Source of the DNA: Podarcis erhardii
Lineage: Eukaryota
Assembly: GCA_964252035.1 (NCBI GenBank)
Contig: OZ176214.1
Direction: 5' to 3' (one strand)
DNA length: 64,000 bases
Shown here: piece by piece, positions 47,161 through 59,365 of the stretch
Position numbering within the stretch: the stretch's first letter is position 1
Layout: every line of letters starts with the position of its first letter
The notes under the pieces: generated by a model
Databases searched by the model: none
The model's input: only the letters and a program-made list of their open reading frames with translations
Told to the model about the DNA's origin: nothing
Program-made: the position numbers and the translations under genes

Positions 47161-48225
47161 TTATTTATACCCCGCCCTCCCCAGTCAGAGCCGGGCTCAG
47201 GACGGCTAACACCAGTAGAATTACAATAAAAACATAATGGGGGGGAGGGGAAATTTAAAATACAGGTTAAAATGCAATTTAAAATGCAGCCTCATTTTAA
47301 AAGTAGCCCATGGATCAAAACCATAAGGGGAGGGAAAACATAAGGGTCAGACTGAGTCCAAACCAAAGGCCAGGCGGAACAGCTCTGTCTTGCAGGCCCT
47401 CTGGAAAGATATCAAGTCCCGCAGGGCCCTAGTCTCTTGTGACAGAGCGTTCCACCAAGTCAGGGCGAGTACTGAAAAGGCCCTGGTCCCAGTTGATACC
47501 CATCTAACCACCTTGTGATTTGGGACCTTCAAAGTGTTGTCATTTGTGGACCTTAAGGTCCTCTGCGGGGCATACCAGGAGAGGCGGTCCTGTAGGTACG
47601 TGGGTCCTAGGTTGCGTAGGGCTTTAAAGGTCAAAACCAGCACCTTAAACCTGACCCTGTACGCCACCAGAAGCCAGTGCAGTTGGTAAAGCACTGGGTG
47701 AATGTGATCCCGCGACAAGGACCCCTTAAGGAGCCTCGCCGCGGCATTCTGCACCTGCTGGAGTTTCTGGGTCAGCTTCAAGGGCAGCCCCGCGTAGAGC
47801 GCATTACAACAAGCAAGCCTGGAGGTGACCGTCACATGGATCACTGTGGCCAGATCAGGGAGAGAAAGTAAGGGGCCAACTGCTTAATATGGCGGAGATG
47901 GGAAAATGCCACCTTTGCTGTGGCTGCAACCTGTGCCTCCATGGAAAGGAGGCGTCGAAGGTTATACCCAAGCTCTTGACAGAAGGCGCTGGCACTAATT
48001 GAGCCCCCGCAAGAGATGGGAGTTGGCCCCCCAACCCTATGTCATCCTGACCCAGCCAGAGGACCTCTGTCTGCGAAGGATTTAACTTCAACCAGCTCCC
48101 ACGCAGCCATCCAGCCACAGCTTCCAAGCATCTGGTCAGTGTGTCCAGGGCCGAGTCAGGGCAGCCATCCATCAACAGATAAAGCTGGGTGTCATCAGCA
48201 TATTGATGACAACCCAGCCCAAAGT
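47110..48225 (-). mobile_element. 5'-truncated L2 LINE (second subfamily) with (ATT)17 tail
   Basis: CHQYADDTQL at about 48185-48215, LKLNPSQTEVL, SRLACCNALYAGLP...LHWLL...RAFSVLA; one frameshift near 47950. Confidence 0.92.
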
Positions 48226-48349
48226 ATTAAAAACATTAAAAACTTCCGTAAACAGAGCTGCCTTCAGATACAACCCAGTCTCTTTACCCATTTTGTTTCT
48301 TCTTTGCTGCCCAGTTGATTGGGGAAACCTTCCATAGTTTAAAACTGAT

Positions 48350-48679
48350 TAATTTGGGCCACTGCCCCCTTGATTCCATAAGCTCATCCCCAGCGCTTCT
48401 TACCCTATAAAAAGCATTATTCAGAATAGCGGTTTACAGCAGCCACTAAGGAAGATAGCAACACAATGAAATCCCAAACAATAACAACTAATTACACAAT
48501 GATTCAAAATCCAGTTAAATCTATTGAGTTTAACTAATTCAATAAAACTGATGAACTTGAGCAAGTGATGCCATCTTTTCAAAGTCTGATAGTCATTTAC
48601 ACCTCCAGTGCCTCCCTGCTGCCCCCTAAGTAATCCCACCACCTCCTGGGGGCAGTACCACTCACTTTGGAAACCAGTG
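48350..48679 (-). mobile_element. Charlie-like hAT MITE
   Basis: Family core; ends ggaaaccagtg. Confidence 0.72.
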
Positions 48680-49797
48680 ACTTAAGTTGTAAAATGCTTC
48701 ACCCTTAGTGCTGGTATAAGTTAGGTGGTACCATCACTGTTTCACCATCAATGGGAAGAGGCAAGTGACCACATAGACTTGACCTGGGAGAGTTTACTGG
48801 CTCTGCAAAGTGTCAACAGTCTGGATTCTGCAACCGCAATGATTTGCACGCAAACCACATGTAACAAATGAGGATGCTCATGCCTCCATCCCGCCCATCC
48901 AGCCAGACCCTTCCAATCCCATCTTGTCCAAGAATCCCAGAAGCACAGCACTGGAAGGAGCCAGCTTGTGTCACACCCCACCGTGGGAAACTGAGAAGCT
49001 AACTGGAGGGGTGGAGCACCCGTTCCACGGCATTCCTCCTCTGCCCTGTGACACAGCCTGGGAGCAATAAGAGATGGAACCACAGGACGTACAGGCAGAC
49101 ATGCTTTGCCTGAGCATGGTGTATGCAGGCACCATGTGTGCTATATACACAGCCAAGTAATGTATTGGTGCTATTTCAGGTAAACACTGAGTTGTGGCTG
49201 ATCACTTCTGTTAGCAAAAGAAATAAAACATCTAATTGCAAGTGAATGTGGTTTAATGCTCTTAGGCTTGGTGCACTCTTTAGATCAATGTTTCTGGAGA
49301 AAAGCCTGAAGTGTTTGGTTATTTGTTAATTGGTTCAGTTGTACTTTAATTTCATCTGTACTTGAAAACAGTTGACAAAAACGAACTGGAAAAACTGAAG
49401 ACGAAATAATACATAATTGCAAGGAATGTGGTTGCTCTGCTCCTGTATTGACCAGACACACAGTACTACCAAAATATATGCTTGGGTCTATTTCCACCCA
49501 CTTAAAGAATGCCCATTAAAAAAGGTACTGAAAAGTCATACTGCTCACTTATGTTTGCTTGACAGCAAAGCACAGAAAGCAGTTTCTGAAGAAGTGTAAG
49601 AGGCAAGAACAACTGGGCCCTCTGCTTAAGCATAGAAGGAACTAATTTGGAACAAAGGAAGCCAGGAATTAATGATAAACAATTCAAATAAAAAATCAGT
49701 ACTCAAGTTCTACTATCCAGTTGCCCCTTTAACTAATGTTACTTTCCACCCCAATATTATTGCAAGAAAGGATGCTGTTATGGTTCAGTTTACATAT

Positions 49798-50025
49798 TGG
49801 CCAGTGTGGTGTAGTGGTTAGTGTCTTGGATCATGACCTGGGAGAGACCAGGGTTCAAATCTCCACTTGCCCATGAAGTTCTTTGGGGTTGACCCCCTGG
49901 GGGCCAGTCTCAGTCTAATCTAGGGTTGCTGTGGGAATTAAATGAGGAAGGGATGAATTATGTGTACCACCTTTGGCTCCTTGGATAAATAAGTGGGGGA
50001 TGTAAATGCAATAAAATAAATAATA
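49798..50025 (+). mobile_element. Squam3-like CORE SINE
   Basis: ccagtgtggtgtagtggttag...gggttcaaatctcc...aataaaataaataa. Confidence 0.8.
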
Positions 50026-50439
50026 CAAAAAAAGTTAAGAGTGGCAAAATAAAGTATTAGTTGTCATTGTTGTCATTTGGCAGCGAAGACTGACAAGCCC
50101 ACTTGGAGAATAACTTGATAAATCTAACTGGGCTAAAACTTTAAAAATCCATCAGGTTCCACACCAGGTAGCTCCTGCAAATCTTCCCCCATGTTAAGTA
50201 AAATTACGAATTGCCAGAGAAGCCACTTTCGTCTTAAGGGTGTTGCTGTCGCAGGGAAACAAAAGTGCATAACTTTTCATTCCTGGCACACACACAGGCC
50301 CCTGAGAGAGAAGGAATACTGGAAGGAACTTGATTTCCCAGTTGCAAAACCCCTTCACCAGCCTTTTGCCTTCAACATGCAGGAATTATATACTTTTGTT
50401 TTCAAAAAGTTGGGTTGATAGATATAATATATATATTGC

Positions 50440-51300
50440 CCAAGAAACCAAACCTGTGCGCGTCCCAGCATCACAGGAGGCGGAGGTCCAAAGGGGCGGA
50501 AACGGTGCCGCTGGAGAAAAGCAAGGGTGGGGTGGTAGGGGCGTCCGTCCCGACGACTCAGTTTGTCGCGTGCGAAAAGGCTGGAAAAGGGGCGCTTCTT
50601 CTGCACAGTCTCAGCGGGAGCTGCTGCCACTGCCCGGGGGACAGGCAGAAGCGTGCAGGCGGCCCATCCCCGCGTTCCCGGGGCGGCAAGAAAGATTCGC
50701 TTGTCTGCTGCTGGTGCCAAACTCCAGAGCGCCGCTCTCCCCTTGCGCGCAGGCGTTCAGCGCTCCGCCCGCTAACGAGGAAACATGGCCGGGGAGGGGG
50801 GGGGAGGGAGGGAGCAGTGGGAGCGGAGTGCCTCCGGGAAGCGGAGAGACTCAGCCCCTCGCTTGCCTAGGGGAGCCTCAACCAAGGAGGGAGAACGCGC
50901 TCAGCGCCGCCGCAGCCTTGCCAAGCGCCCCATCTCCATCGCCTTTGCGCGCTCCGGACGCGCCCTCCTCCCGAAGACTTTAAAGCAACAGCAGCCGCTT
51001 TGGAAACCAAAGGCTTGGGAGGAGAGGCAGGCAGGAAGGTCTGCCCAAAGCCACACGCCGCCTGCTCACTGGCCCGAGCCGGCCCAGCTGCAGATTTCCG
51101 TTGGCTGCCCGGCCTGCCAGTCGCGCTCATTGACAAAGAGGGAGAGGGAGGGAGGCGAGACACGGTTCTTTTGTCATCTCTGGCTTCTGCAGCAGAAAGA
51201 GTTGCAAAAGAGCCCGGTCTCAGGCAGCGCCCCTCCGGAGTAGGCTTTGCAAAAGGCTCCTGATTTTGCTGCAGGATCTTGTGCCGCGTTAACGCAGAGT
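50440..51300. promoter_or_regulatory. CpG island, probable main AMOT promoter / first-exon region
   Basis: Abrupt GC- and CpG-rich, repeat-free stretch about 24 kb upstream of the p130 exon, with GC-box-like GGGGCGG and G-tracts. Link to AMOT is inferred from position. Confidence 0.7.
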
Positions 51301-52884
51301 TAAGTTCCACAAGGACGATCTCACACAGAAGACCCAAAGCCATCTTCCTCGCACGGATTCACACACATTAAGTTCAGCAATTCTTACAAACAACCCTGCC
51401 GGGTAGGCAAGCATTACCTGCATCGTACTGACAGGCCCCTTGTGGCCAAGTGCAGTCGAGGCCACACAGTGAAGTCCTGGCAAAGGTTGGAGTTGCAATT
51501 AGGACTTTTCAGCACAGTACTTCACTGCCATGTCCTGTCAAGCTCCCATGAGATGCCCTTTTCAATCCCAAGGAAACAAAGGGCACATTCCCACCATACA
51601 TTTAAAGCACTAGGAAGCCACTTTAAACCACCATGGCTTCCCCCAAAGAATTCTGAGAGATGGAGTTTATAAAGGGCACTGAGTTGTTAGAAGACCCTCC
51701 CCGCCAATTCCCCTCCCAGAGCTACAGTCCTGAGTATACTAGAATCAGAGGTGTACCTAGGTTCCTTTGTGCCCTTGGCAAAGAACTGTAATGGTGCCTC
51801 TGAAGCTGGGAGAGACCATGGACAAGAAACTCAAAAAGTTTGCTTTTCAACACCTTTCACGCTCCGCCACTTACTTCCTCCACAGCCATCAAGGCAATAA
51901 TGCAAGGGCCACTGGGAACGAGGTTTAAGGAACCAAGGGCAAGGAGTGGCCTGAAAAGGTTTGGGAACCACTGATCTAGTGAGATGTACCAATGGGACAG
52001 TTTTGGATGTTGCTCTTAACAAAAAACCAGGACTGGTTGAAGACATTTTGCTCTGTGTTGAGCGACAGGATGCCAGCCCTTCTCATTCCATATGCAGAAG
52101 CCAATTTGCCTGGCAGCTGTATCAGACTTCAGCATGGTCTGCCCCTCTCCTCCACCCAAGGACAGCTGTCTAGCTTAGGCACACCACTTCCCTGACCCTC
52201 AACTTCACTCTGCCTGATCCTGGGGTGGGAAACCTCTGACTCACCACATGTTGCTGGGCTAGATTACATCCTCTCTAACCATTTATCATGGTGGCTGAGG
52301 CTGATCGGGGTTGAATTCCAACCAACATCTAAAGGGCCACAGGTTCCCCATCCCTGACTGGCTAGGAATCCAGGCTGATATGTTTGTTGGTAATTTAGTT
52401 TTTTATTGAGATATGTTTTAAATAAAGAAAAAAATTAAAGTACATATAACACATCAACAACCACAACTGGGATACATTTCAGCAGGTAAATCAACAAAGG
52501 ACAGAGGATCAAGAATTGGAGGTGTGTGGGGGGAAAGGGTCACCTCAGGGAAGAGGCAAGTAATGACACATTCAGTGTTTAGGTAGTTGCTTAGAACCAA
52601 AGCATTTGACAAACTCACATGAAGGACCGAAATAGTTTGGGAATAATCCCACACTGCAAAGTACAGCGAGAATCTGGAGGCGGGGGGGGGGGGGGCTCCT
52701 TGTTAATGTAACACAAATGAAAACCTTGTTACTGAAAAAGGTGACTTGCCTTTAAGTCCCCAGATTTGTGGACTATGTCCTGTAAGTTTCTTGGCCACTG
52801 CCCTTTGCCATACCCCGTTCCACCACCCGGCCAAAGAAAAATGGGCATGAGGCCTCCAGTGGTGCGCAACTTCCATGGAATTGT

Positions 52885-53050
52885 AGAATCACAGAATTGT
52901 AGTGTTGGAAGAGATCCCAAGGGTCATCTAGTCCAACCCCATGCAATGCAGGAATCTCAACTAAAGCATCCGTGACAGAGGGCCACCTAACCTCTACTTT
53001 AAAACTTCCAAGCAAAGAGAGTCCACAACCTCCAGCGGTTGACCATTCCA
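52885..53050 (-). mobile_element. CR1 3' tail
   Basis: tagaatcacagaattgtagtgttggaagagatcccaagggtcatctagtccaacccc. Confidence 0.75.
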
Positions 53051-53495
53051 GAGTGGTTACAGTTAGCCAATAGCACAATCAAAACTTTGTACAAAGTGTT
53101 TTGCATATTTTCTGGAAAAAATGAAATTTGGGATAAACCTGGGGGAACAAGGTATTTCAAGGAGTGTTTCTAACCAGCATTTGTCAACCCATGCCTTGAG
53201 ATCTGCTGGGAGGGCTGCTTCAGCTTATTCTGCAGCGGCTCACAGCAGGGCCTTCTTGCTTATATAGGCACTATGGCTGTAGAAATCCTTTCCATTGAAG
53301 GGACACTTGACTCCCCCACCAATGTTTCCTCAACAATCACTGAAGATGTACTTGTTCTGCTTGGCCTTTGGGAACTGGTTGGCTTAGTCATGCAGGCACT
53401 GGTGAAGATTGGTGGGAAATCTGTGAGCTTTGATCATTTGAATGTTGAATCCGATATCATTGCAATGCATACCCTGGTCTTAAATTGGGAACTCT

Positions 53496-53920
53496 GAACA
53501 TAAGAAGAGCCTCCTGGATCAAGCCAACAATGGCCCAGCCAGCATCTGGTCCAGCATCCTGTTCTCACTGTGGCCAACCAGATTCCCCAAAAGGAAGCCC
53601 ACAAGAAAGCCCTCTACCCTTCTGTGATTTCCAGCAACTGGTATTCATAAGCATTTGTTGCTTCTGACCATGGAGGCAGAGCATAGTCTTCATGGTCTAT
53701 AGCCTTATGCTCCCCCATGAATGTGCCTAAGCCTCTTTTAAAGCCATCTAAGTGGGTGGCCACCACTGCCTCCTTTGGGAGAGAGCTCTATAGTTTAATT
53801 CTGCTCTGTACGAAGAATGACTCTCTTTCATCCGTGTCCTGAATCTTCTCATATCCAGCTTCATTAGATGTCTATGAGTTCTAGCGCTATGAGAGAGGGA
53901 GAAAAACTTTTCGCTATCCA
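53496..53920 (-). mobile_element. CR1 3' fragment
   Basis: gaacataagaagagcc...ggtccagcatcctgttctcac...ccagcaactggtattc...tttaaagccatc. Confidence 0.82.
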
Positions 53921-55824
53921 CTGGTAGTGTAAAGATATTATTAGGTTAAAATGATGGTGGTGGTGGTCAGGAAAGCCCTGACTGAAAGACAGCTCTAGGA
54001 AGTTCTGGAAAAGAGGCACGCTGGTTCCTTTACCCTTTCAGAAACAGTTCTCTTGTACTGTACTGTAATAGCTCTTGTGTGACCAGTTTCCTTTAATTTC
54101 AGGAGAGCAGGAATGCACTGCGCTTTCTAACCAAACAAAGCCAGACACGACAACTTGAGCTGAACAGGAAAGGAGCAAGGAAAGGAGCAGGACATCCCAG
54201 GTTCCCTTTGCCAAATGTTCCTCCTTCCCTCCCCCCACTCCGTGAGCTGCAGCAGCACACTCTTGAGGGCCTGCCAGATAAAGGAAGCTTGCGATTTTCC
54301 ATGAATAGATCACACTACAATGTCAGAATACAGGAAACAGCGCAGGAAAGGAGCTAGTAAAAGCCACTAAATTGTAGTGCATTTCTCAAGCCAAGTTACA
54401 CAACTGAGCAAAAGGTTACCTCTGGTCCACGGAAAGAACAGAGAACACAAGGGCTACTCTGCAAACAAATTGGAAGGCTCCAAAATGCCTTTTTTGTTGC
54501 CATTGCCTCCCATAGGAATGCGGCTGGAAAGAGCTCTATCTCAGGTTATTAAGAAGCTGTGCAACAGGGATGGTGCTGAACAAAAGGGTACCCTAAAGGT
54601 CTTCTGTCAGTGAAAGAACAGGAGACTGCAGCCATCGGTATTAAATTTCCATAGAAGGATGTTTGTTGCACAGTGAAGACCACTGAAAAGAGAATCTGCA
54701 GAATTTTTCTCCTTAAAAACTCTGGAGCTGCAAAGTGCGCAGGAATCTTCACTAGTTCAAAAACATGCCACAAGAGATTAACTCAAGCTCATTTCTTAAA
54801 ATGGATTAAAAGTCACAGAAATAACCCATAAATTCCCAATAAGCCACTCCCTATTTGTCTATATCAAAGACAACCAGGATAATAATAGGACACTACTATT
54901 TTCAGGTAGGATGCAAACACATACCAGCAAATTAAGGATGTGCATTTACAGTTGATTGGGAGGTCTTGTGCAACAAATCCACTTCTCTAAAAGATCAGAC
55001 ATTTTGTGATTAGGAAGGTGGCAGAAAAATGCACTGGAGAGTGTGGGACTACACTTACTTAGCACCACACAGTCTAACCTCCCTGCAAAAAAATCAGGAT
55101 AAAGGCTCCACATACAGGTCATCGGGAAGCACTTTTACATTCTCTTATTCCTGTCTCCCCAGTGGGTGAAGACAGTTATCAGGTGGCTTTAATATACATA
55201 GCTGCAAAATCTTGTAGCACATCTGGGTGCTACCTTCAAGGTTCTTGGTGGGGATTAAAGTAGTCTGAGACCTATGACCTGCTTGCATCTCTAGAGCCAT
55301 TCAAATACCCAGCAGTTCAATGAATACTTCTCCATATAGATGTGCACCCTATACTAGAACCTCACAATCTACCAGCTGGAGCCAGGTGTAAAAAAACACA
55401 GTTAGAATTGAAAAAACAGTGCTGAAGTCAGTTAGGCTGGCAAGCACACAAGGCCTTCTTGGTGGCGGCCCTGCAGTAATGGAACTCTCTTTATGTTACC
55501 ATTCATTGGCCCCTCCAGCTCTAACATTCAACAAAGCCTTAAACACGTGCATTTGTTACTATTACCTTAAAGAGAGTTTAGGTGATCCAGTTCAGTTTCT
55601 CTCATACACATCTTTGTCTGTATCCATACTTCATGTTCTGCCTAATGCTCTGTTGCTTTATCTCCCTTCTCTGAGCTTCGTGAGTTCTTGGCCAGAAAAG
55701 CAACTAATAAATAAGCAGAATAATACATATTCTGAGTTGAAGAATTTTTATGCACCAGAACTGAACTGAACTTATACAGCCCTTTGACACAAAAGGCCAC
55801 CCCTTGTTAGCATTCCTCATTACA

Positions 55825-56074
55825 CCAGCATGGTGTCGTGGCTAGAATGTTGGACTAAGACCTTGGAGACCAGGGTTTAAATCTCCCAGTGGACCTGGGA
55901 GACCTTGCCGGGGGGGGGGGGGGGAGAGCATGTCTGTCGCTGCCTCTCAGCCTAATCCACCTCACAGGGCTGTTGTGGGTATTATATGAAGAAGGTGAGA
56001 ACAATGGATGCCACACTGAGCTCCTTGGAGAAAAAAGCGGGATAGCAATGCAGTGAAATAAATAAAAAATAAAT
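55825..56074 (+). mobile_element. Squam3-like CORE SINE
   Basis: Same head, core and tail. Confidence 0.8.
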
Positions 56075-56869
56075 GTGGTCGTCTGCATCTTAGGTGGGAA
56101 AAGTTGTTTCATTGTTGCTCTTATAAAATGATTGGGTGTCACGATAAATCACTCAAGAGATCCATCACCAGATCCCAATCTACCTTCCACACACCCTTGT
56201 GTTAGGTCCAAGGAAAACAAATTCAGCAGTTTGTATGGCTTTATTGGAGATTTGGACTGATCTTCTCCAACTTGATACCCTCCAGATATTTTGGTCGTCA
56301 GCTCCCATCTACCTTAGCCAGCATGGCAGGATCAAATCAACGATTTCTAGGCATGATCCTGGGGACAAACCGCACAAAACGGTGGTGGTTGTTTGTGCCA
56401 GACTTGTAAGCTTCTCAGAAATGCCTGGCTGGCACTTTTAGGAACAGAATGCTACATAGATATTTGATCTAATATAGCAGGACCTTCTGCACACATTGGA
56501 AAAGCTCTTCCACTAAGCTATGGCTCTTCCCCAGAACATGCCATGTACATTGATGGTGCTATGATGCTACTATTATGCTATAATGATGCCTACGATTAAT
56601 ACCATGAAGTGGCTCTTGATTCTTTTGAGAGTCACTTTCTTGGAATCAGAGAAAGTACTGTAACAAGGAATTCAGAGGAGGCATAAATTTGCTTTGGCCA
56701 TGTACAGGCCATGCTAGATGTTATTGGTTCTACAGAAAGTGCTGCTAACACAAGGGAAGCCTCCTTGAACAAGTTTGGAGAGTCTCTGCTGAATTCAAAC
56801 CCCATTCAAGCCGAGAGAATGACCCAGTTATGCAGATGCTTATTGTGATCAGAAACACAGCATTTATAA

Positions 56870-57316
56870 CAACACAAAAGAAGAACCCTGCTGGGTCAGG
56901 CCTATGACCCATCTAGTCCAGGACCCTCTCCTCACAGGGACCAACCAGATGCCCCAAGGCAAAACCCACAAGCAGGATTCAACCCTATGAGCCATTCCCC
57001 ACTCTGGTGGTTTCCAGCAACTGGTATTCAGAAGCAATTCCCATCTGTGGAGGCAGAGCACAGCCATTGTGGCCTTCTCCTTTATAAGTCGGTCTAATCC
57101 TGTTTTAAAGCCATCTAGGTTGGCGGGCGGCCACCACTGCCTCCTGTGGGAGCAAGTTCTATAATTTAACACTATGTGCTGCATGAAGAGGTGCTTTCTT
57201 TAAACTCCCCTGAATCTTCATTGTATGTCCACCAGGGTTATTACAAGAGACGGAGGAAAACTTCTCTCTATCCATTTCCCCCATGCCATGCATGATTTTA
57301 TAAACTTCTGTCATGT
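56870..57316 (-). mobile_element. CR1 3' fragment
   Basis: NLDGFKTGLDRLIKEK and EVYKIMHGMGEMDREKF translated segments. Confidence 0.82.
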
Positions 57317-57794
57317 ATCCAACCCTACATACAAACTGCAGGCAAGCAAACCTAAAGGTGGTTCTTCTCATCCTGTCACTTTTATGCCTTGGAAAAGGTA
57401 AATGCAAATAGAAATGTAGCACCCCCTACTGGTGGTATGTGGCTCCACAGGCCTTTTTGAAAAGCCATTATGGGCCAGTTTTAAATGAAAACAAAAAACA
57501 AAGCTCTGCAATTACCCTTGCAAAATATTACTAATAATATCTGGCTACAGACCTGCTCCAACCCTAGGGACCTTGCAACCATATGTTTATGTGTGTGTGT
57601 GTATATACAAATTTCATGTTCACTAATGGTGTAATATTACACTACGTTCACTAATGGTGTAATATAAAGCTAAAGCAAAGTGGGCGTTCCTTTCTTGGTT
57701 TTGAAGGAAATGGTTTACAGATATAATTTACGGGCAGATCTTGCAGCCAGCCTTGATGCAGCAGGTGTTGGAATGGGAATGATATCGGGCACTG

Positions 57795-58123
57795 CCATTA
57801 ATCCATCCAACTCAGTATTGCCTGCACTGACTGGCAGCGGCTCTCCGGAGTTTTTCTCCCAATCCTACCTGAAGCTGCCAAGGACTGAATCTGGGGCCTT
57901 CTGCATGCAAACGAGACCTTCTTGCGCTAAGCTAACCCTACCCCCGAGCTGCCTTTTATCAAATCTGTCCACCTAGCTCAGTATTGTATACACTGGCCGG
58001 CAGCAACTCTCCAGGGTTTCAGACAAAGGCTGCCCCCCAGAGGCCCAGACCTACCTGGAGAAAGTCCAGGGACAGAAGCTGGGACTTTCCACCTGCGCAC
58101 GCTCTGCCATTAAGTTGCGCCCC
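57795..58123 (-). mobile_element. Two tandem Squam2-like SINEs
   Basis: Two consecutive copies of ctcagtattg...cactg(a/g)c(t/c)ggcagc..ctctcc...ctacctg (about 57795-57938 and 57946-58123). Confidence 0.7.
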
Positions 58124-58199
58124 ATCCAAACACTTCTCCCCGCAGCAGGCAGGCAAGCCTTCCTTCTCCAACTCCCACAAAGGCTCGTTCTGTTTTACT

Positions 58200-58560
58200 C
58201 GTCAGCAGCTACGAAGCCGCTCCGAGGGCGGATTAGAGGCGGCGGGTTCAACCTCCCTGCTCCCTTTCCGCCGCAGATGCCCCAGACCCCGCTTGCATCG
58301 GGGCTTGCAAAGCAGCCACGCACCGCAGCTCACCCACTCTCACAAGCTCCCCCTTCCAGGAAACTGGCTGTTGCAAGGGCAGTAGCTGGACAAAACCCCC
58401 CACCACGCGGCGCCTCGCTCCCTCCTATCCACCTTACCGTGCGCCTTCGCCCTCGGAAGCCCCCATGGTTAACAAGGGCAGGCAGCCGCCCTCTTCCTCT
58501 CGTTAACTTTTACCAGCCAACTTCAGCTACGATCCTCAGCGTGCAGCTAGAAGATACGGT
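58200..58560 (-). promoter_or_regulatory. Second CpG-rich patch with candidate first-exon donor
   Basis: Many CpGs in sequence with no repeat I recognise; minus-strand donors ACG|GTAAGG (58438|58437) and TGG|GTGAGC (58334|58333). Confidence 0.4.
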
Positions 58561-58834
58561 GAGCAGCAAAGGCTCTTGGGAAATGTAGTTCATTGCCCCG
58601 AACAACCTTTGCTGTCTCGTCGATTATGGCAAGGCAGTGGGTGCATCGCAGCGGCACCTCCACCAGGACCCACTTCTGATTTACCAGAAGTGCATTCTAA
58701 AGCAGATTTCACCAACCCAGGTGTCTTTCGGACGTCTTGGGTGGACTACAACTCCCACCAGACCCTGTCAGCAAGCACATCAGCCTGTGGGTGTTGTAAC
58801 CCAAAACATCTGGAGGGCAGTAGAATGATGATAA

Positions 58835-58983
58835 TGATTATTAATTTCATTGCATTTGCATGCCACCTTTCCTCCGAGGAGCTCAAGGTGGTGTACGTGG
58901 TCGCCTCCTCCCTCTCTATTTTATCCTCACAACAACCCTGTGAGGTAGGTTAGGCTGAGAGGCAGTGACGGGCCCAAGGTCAC
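58835..58983 (-). mobile_element. Squam3-like SINE, 3' half
   Basis: gaggagctcaaggtgg...cacaacaaccctgtgaggtaggttaggctgagaggcagtgac. Confidence 0.75.
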
Positions 58984-59229
58984 TCTGAGGCCTAGTTCTA
59001 GCTGGCACACCACACCACAGGGTCTCTAGAAGGCTCTTGTTACAAGACTGCTCTAAGCACACATGGAGTGTGTGTGATCCTGTGCACATTTGGGAGTAAG
59101 CATCATTGAACCCAGTAAGACTTGCTTGTGAACAGACATGCATAATGCTGTCACTCAAGAACAAAAGTAAGAGGCATTTCTTCTGCAGAGCGTTTATTAT
59201 TAAATTTCTATCCCACTTTTCCTCTAAAG

Positions 59230-59365
59230 CAGTATTTCTCAAACTTTGGTCTCCAGCTGTTTTTGGACTACAACTCCCATCACCTCTAACTAGCAGTGAT
59301 GGGAATTGTAGTCCCAAAACAGAGAAAGAGAGAGAGAGAGAGAGACCCAAGTTTGGGAAGCACTG
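59230..59365. mobile_element. 136-bp hairpin hAT MITE
   Basis: Perfect TSD CTCTAAAG; internal ggactacaactcccatc / gatgggaattgtagtcc inverted repeat. Confidence 0.88.

Noticed and set aside
46808-47209. 133-aa ORF with HHH and poly-Ile runs, and similar ORFs over (CA)n and (TATC)n arrays
   Set aside because: Products of microsatellites lacking stops in one frame.
50330-51263. Several long overlapping plus-strand ORFs (217, 151, 152 aa) in the CpG island
   Set aside because: No recognisable domain; Arg/Gly/Pro/Ala-rich translations in several frames are expected from stop-poor GC-rich DNA.
57616-57665. 28-bp direct repeat (gttcactaatggtgtaatat x2), superficially CRISPR-like
   Set aside because: Only two copies with an 8-nt gap in a vertebrate genome; an ordinary tandem duplication.
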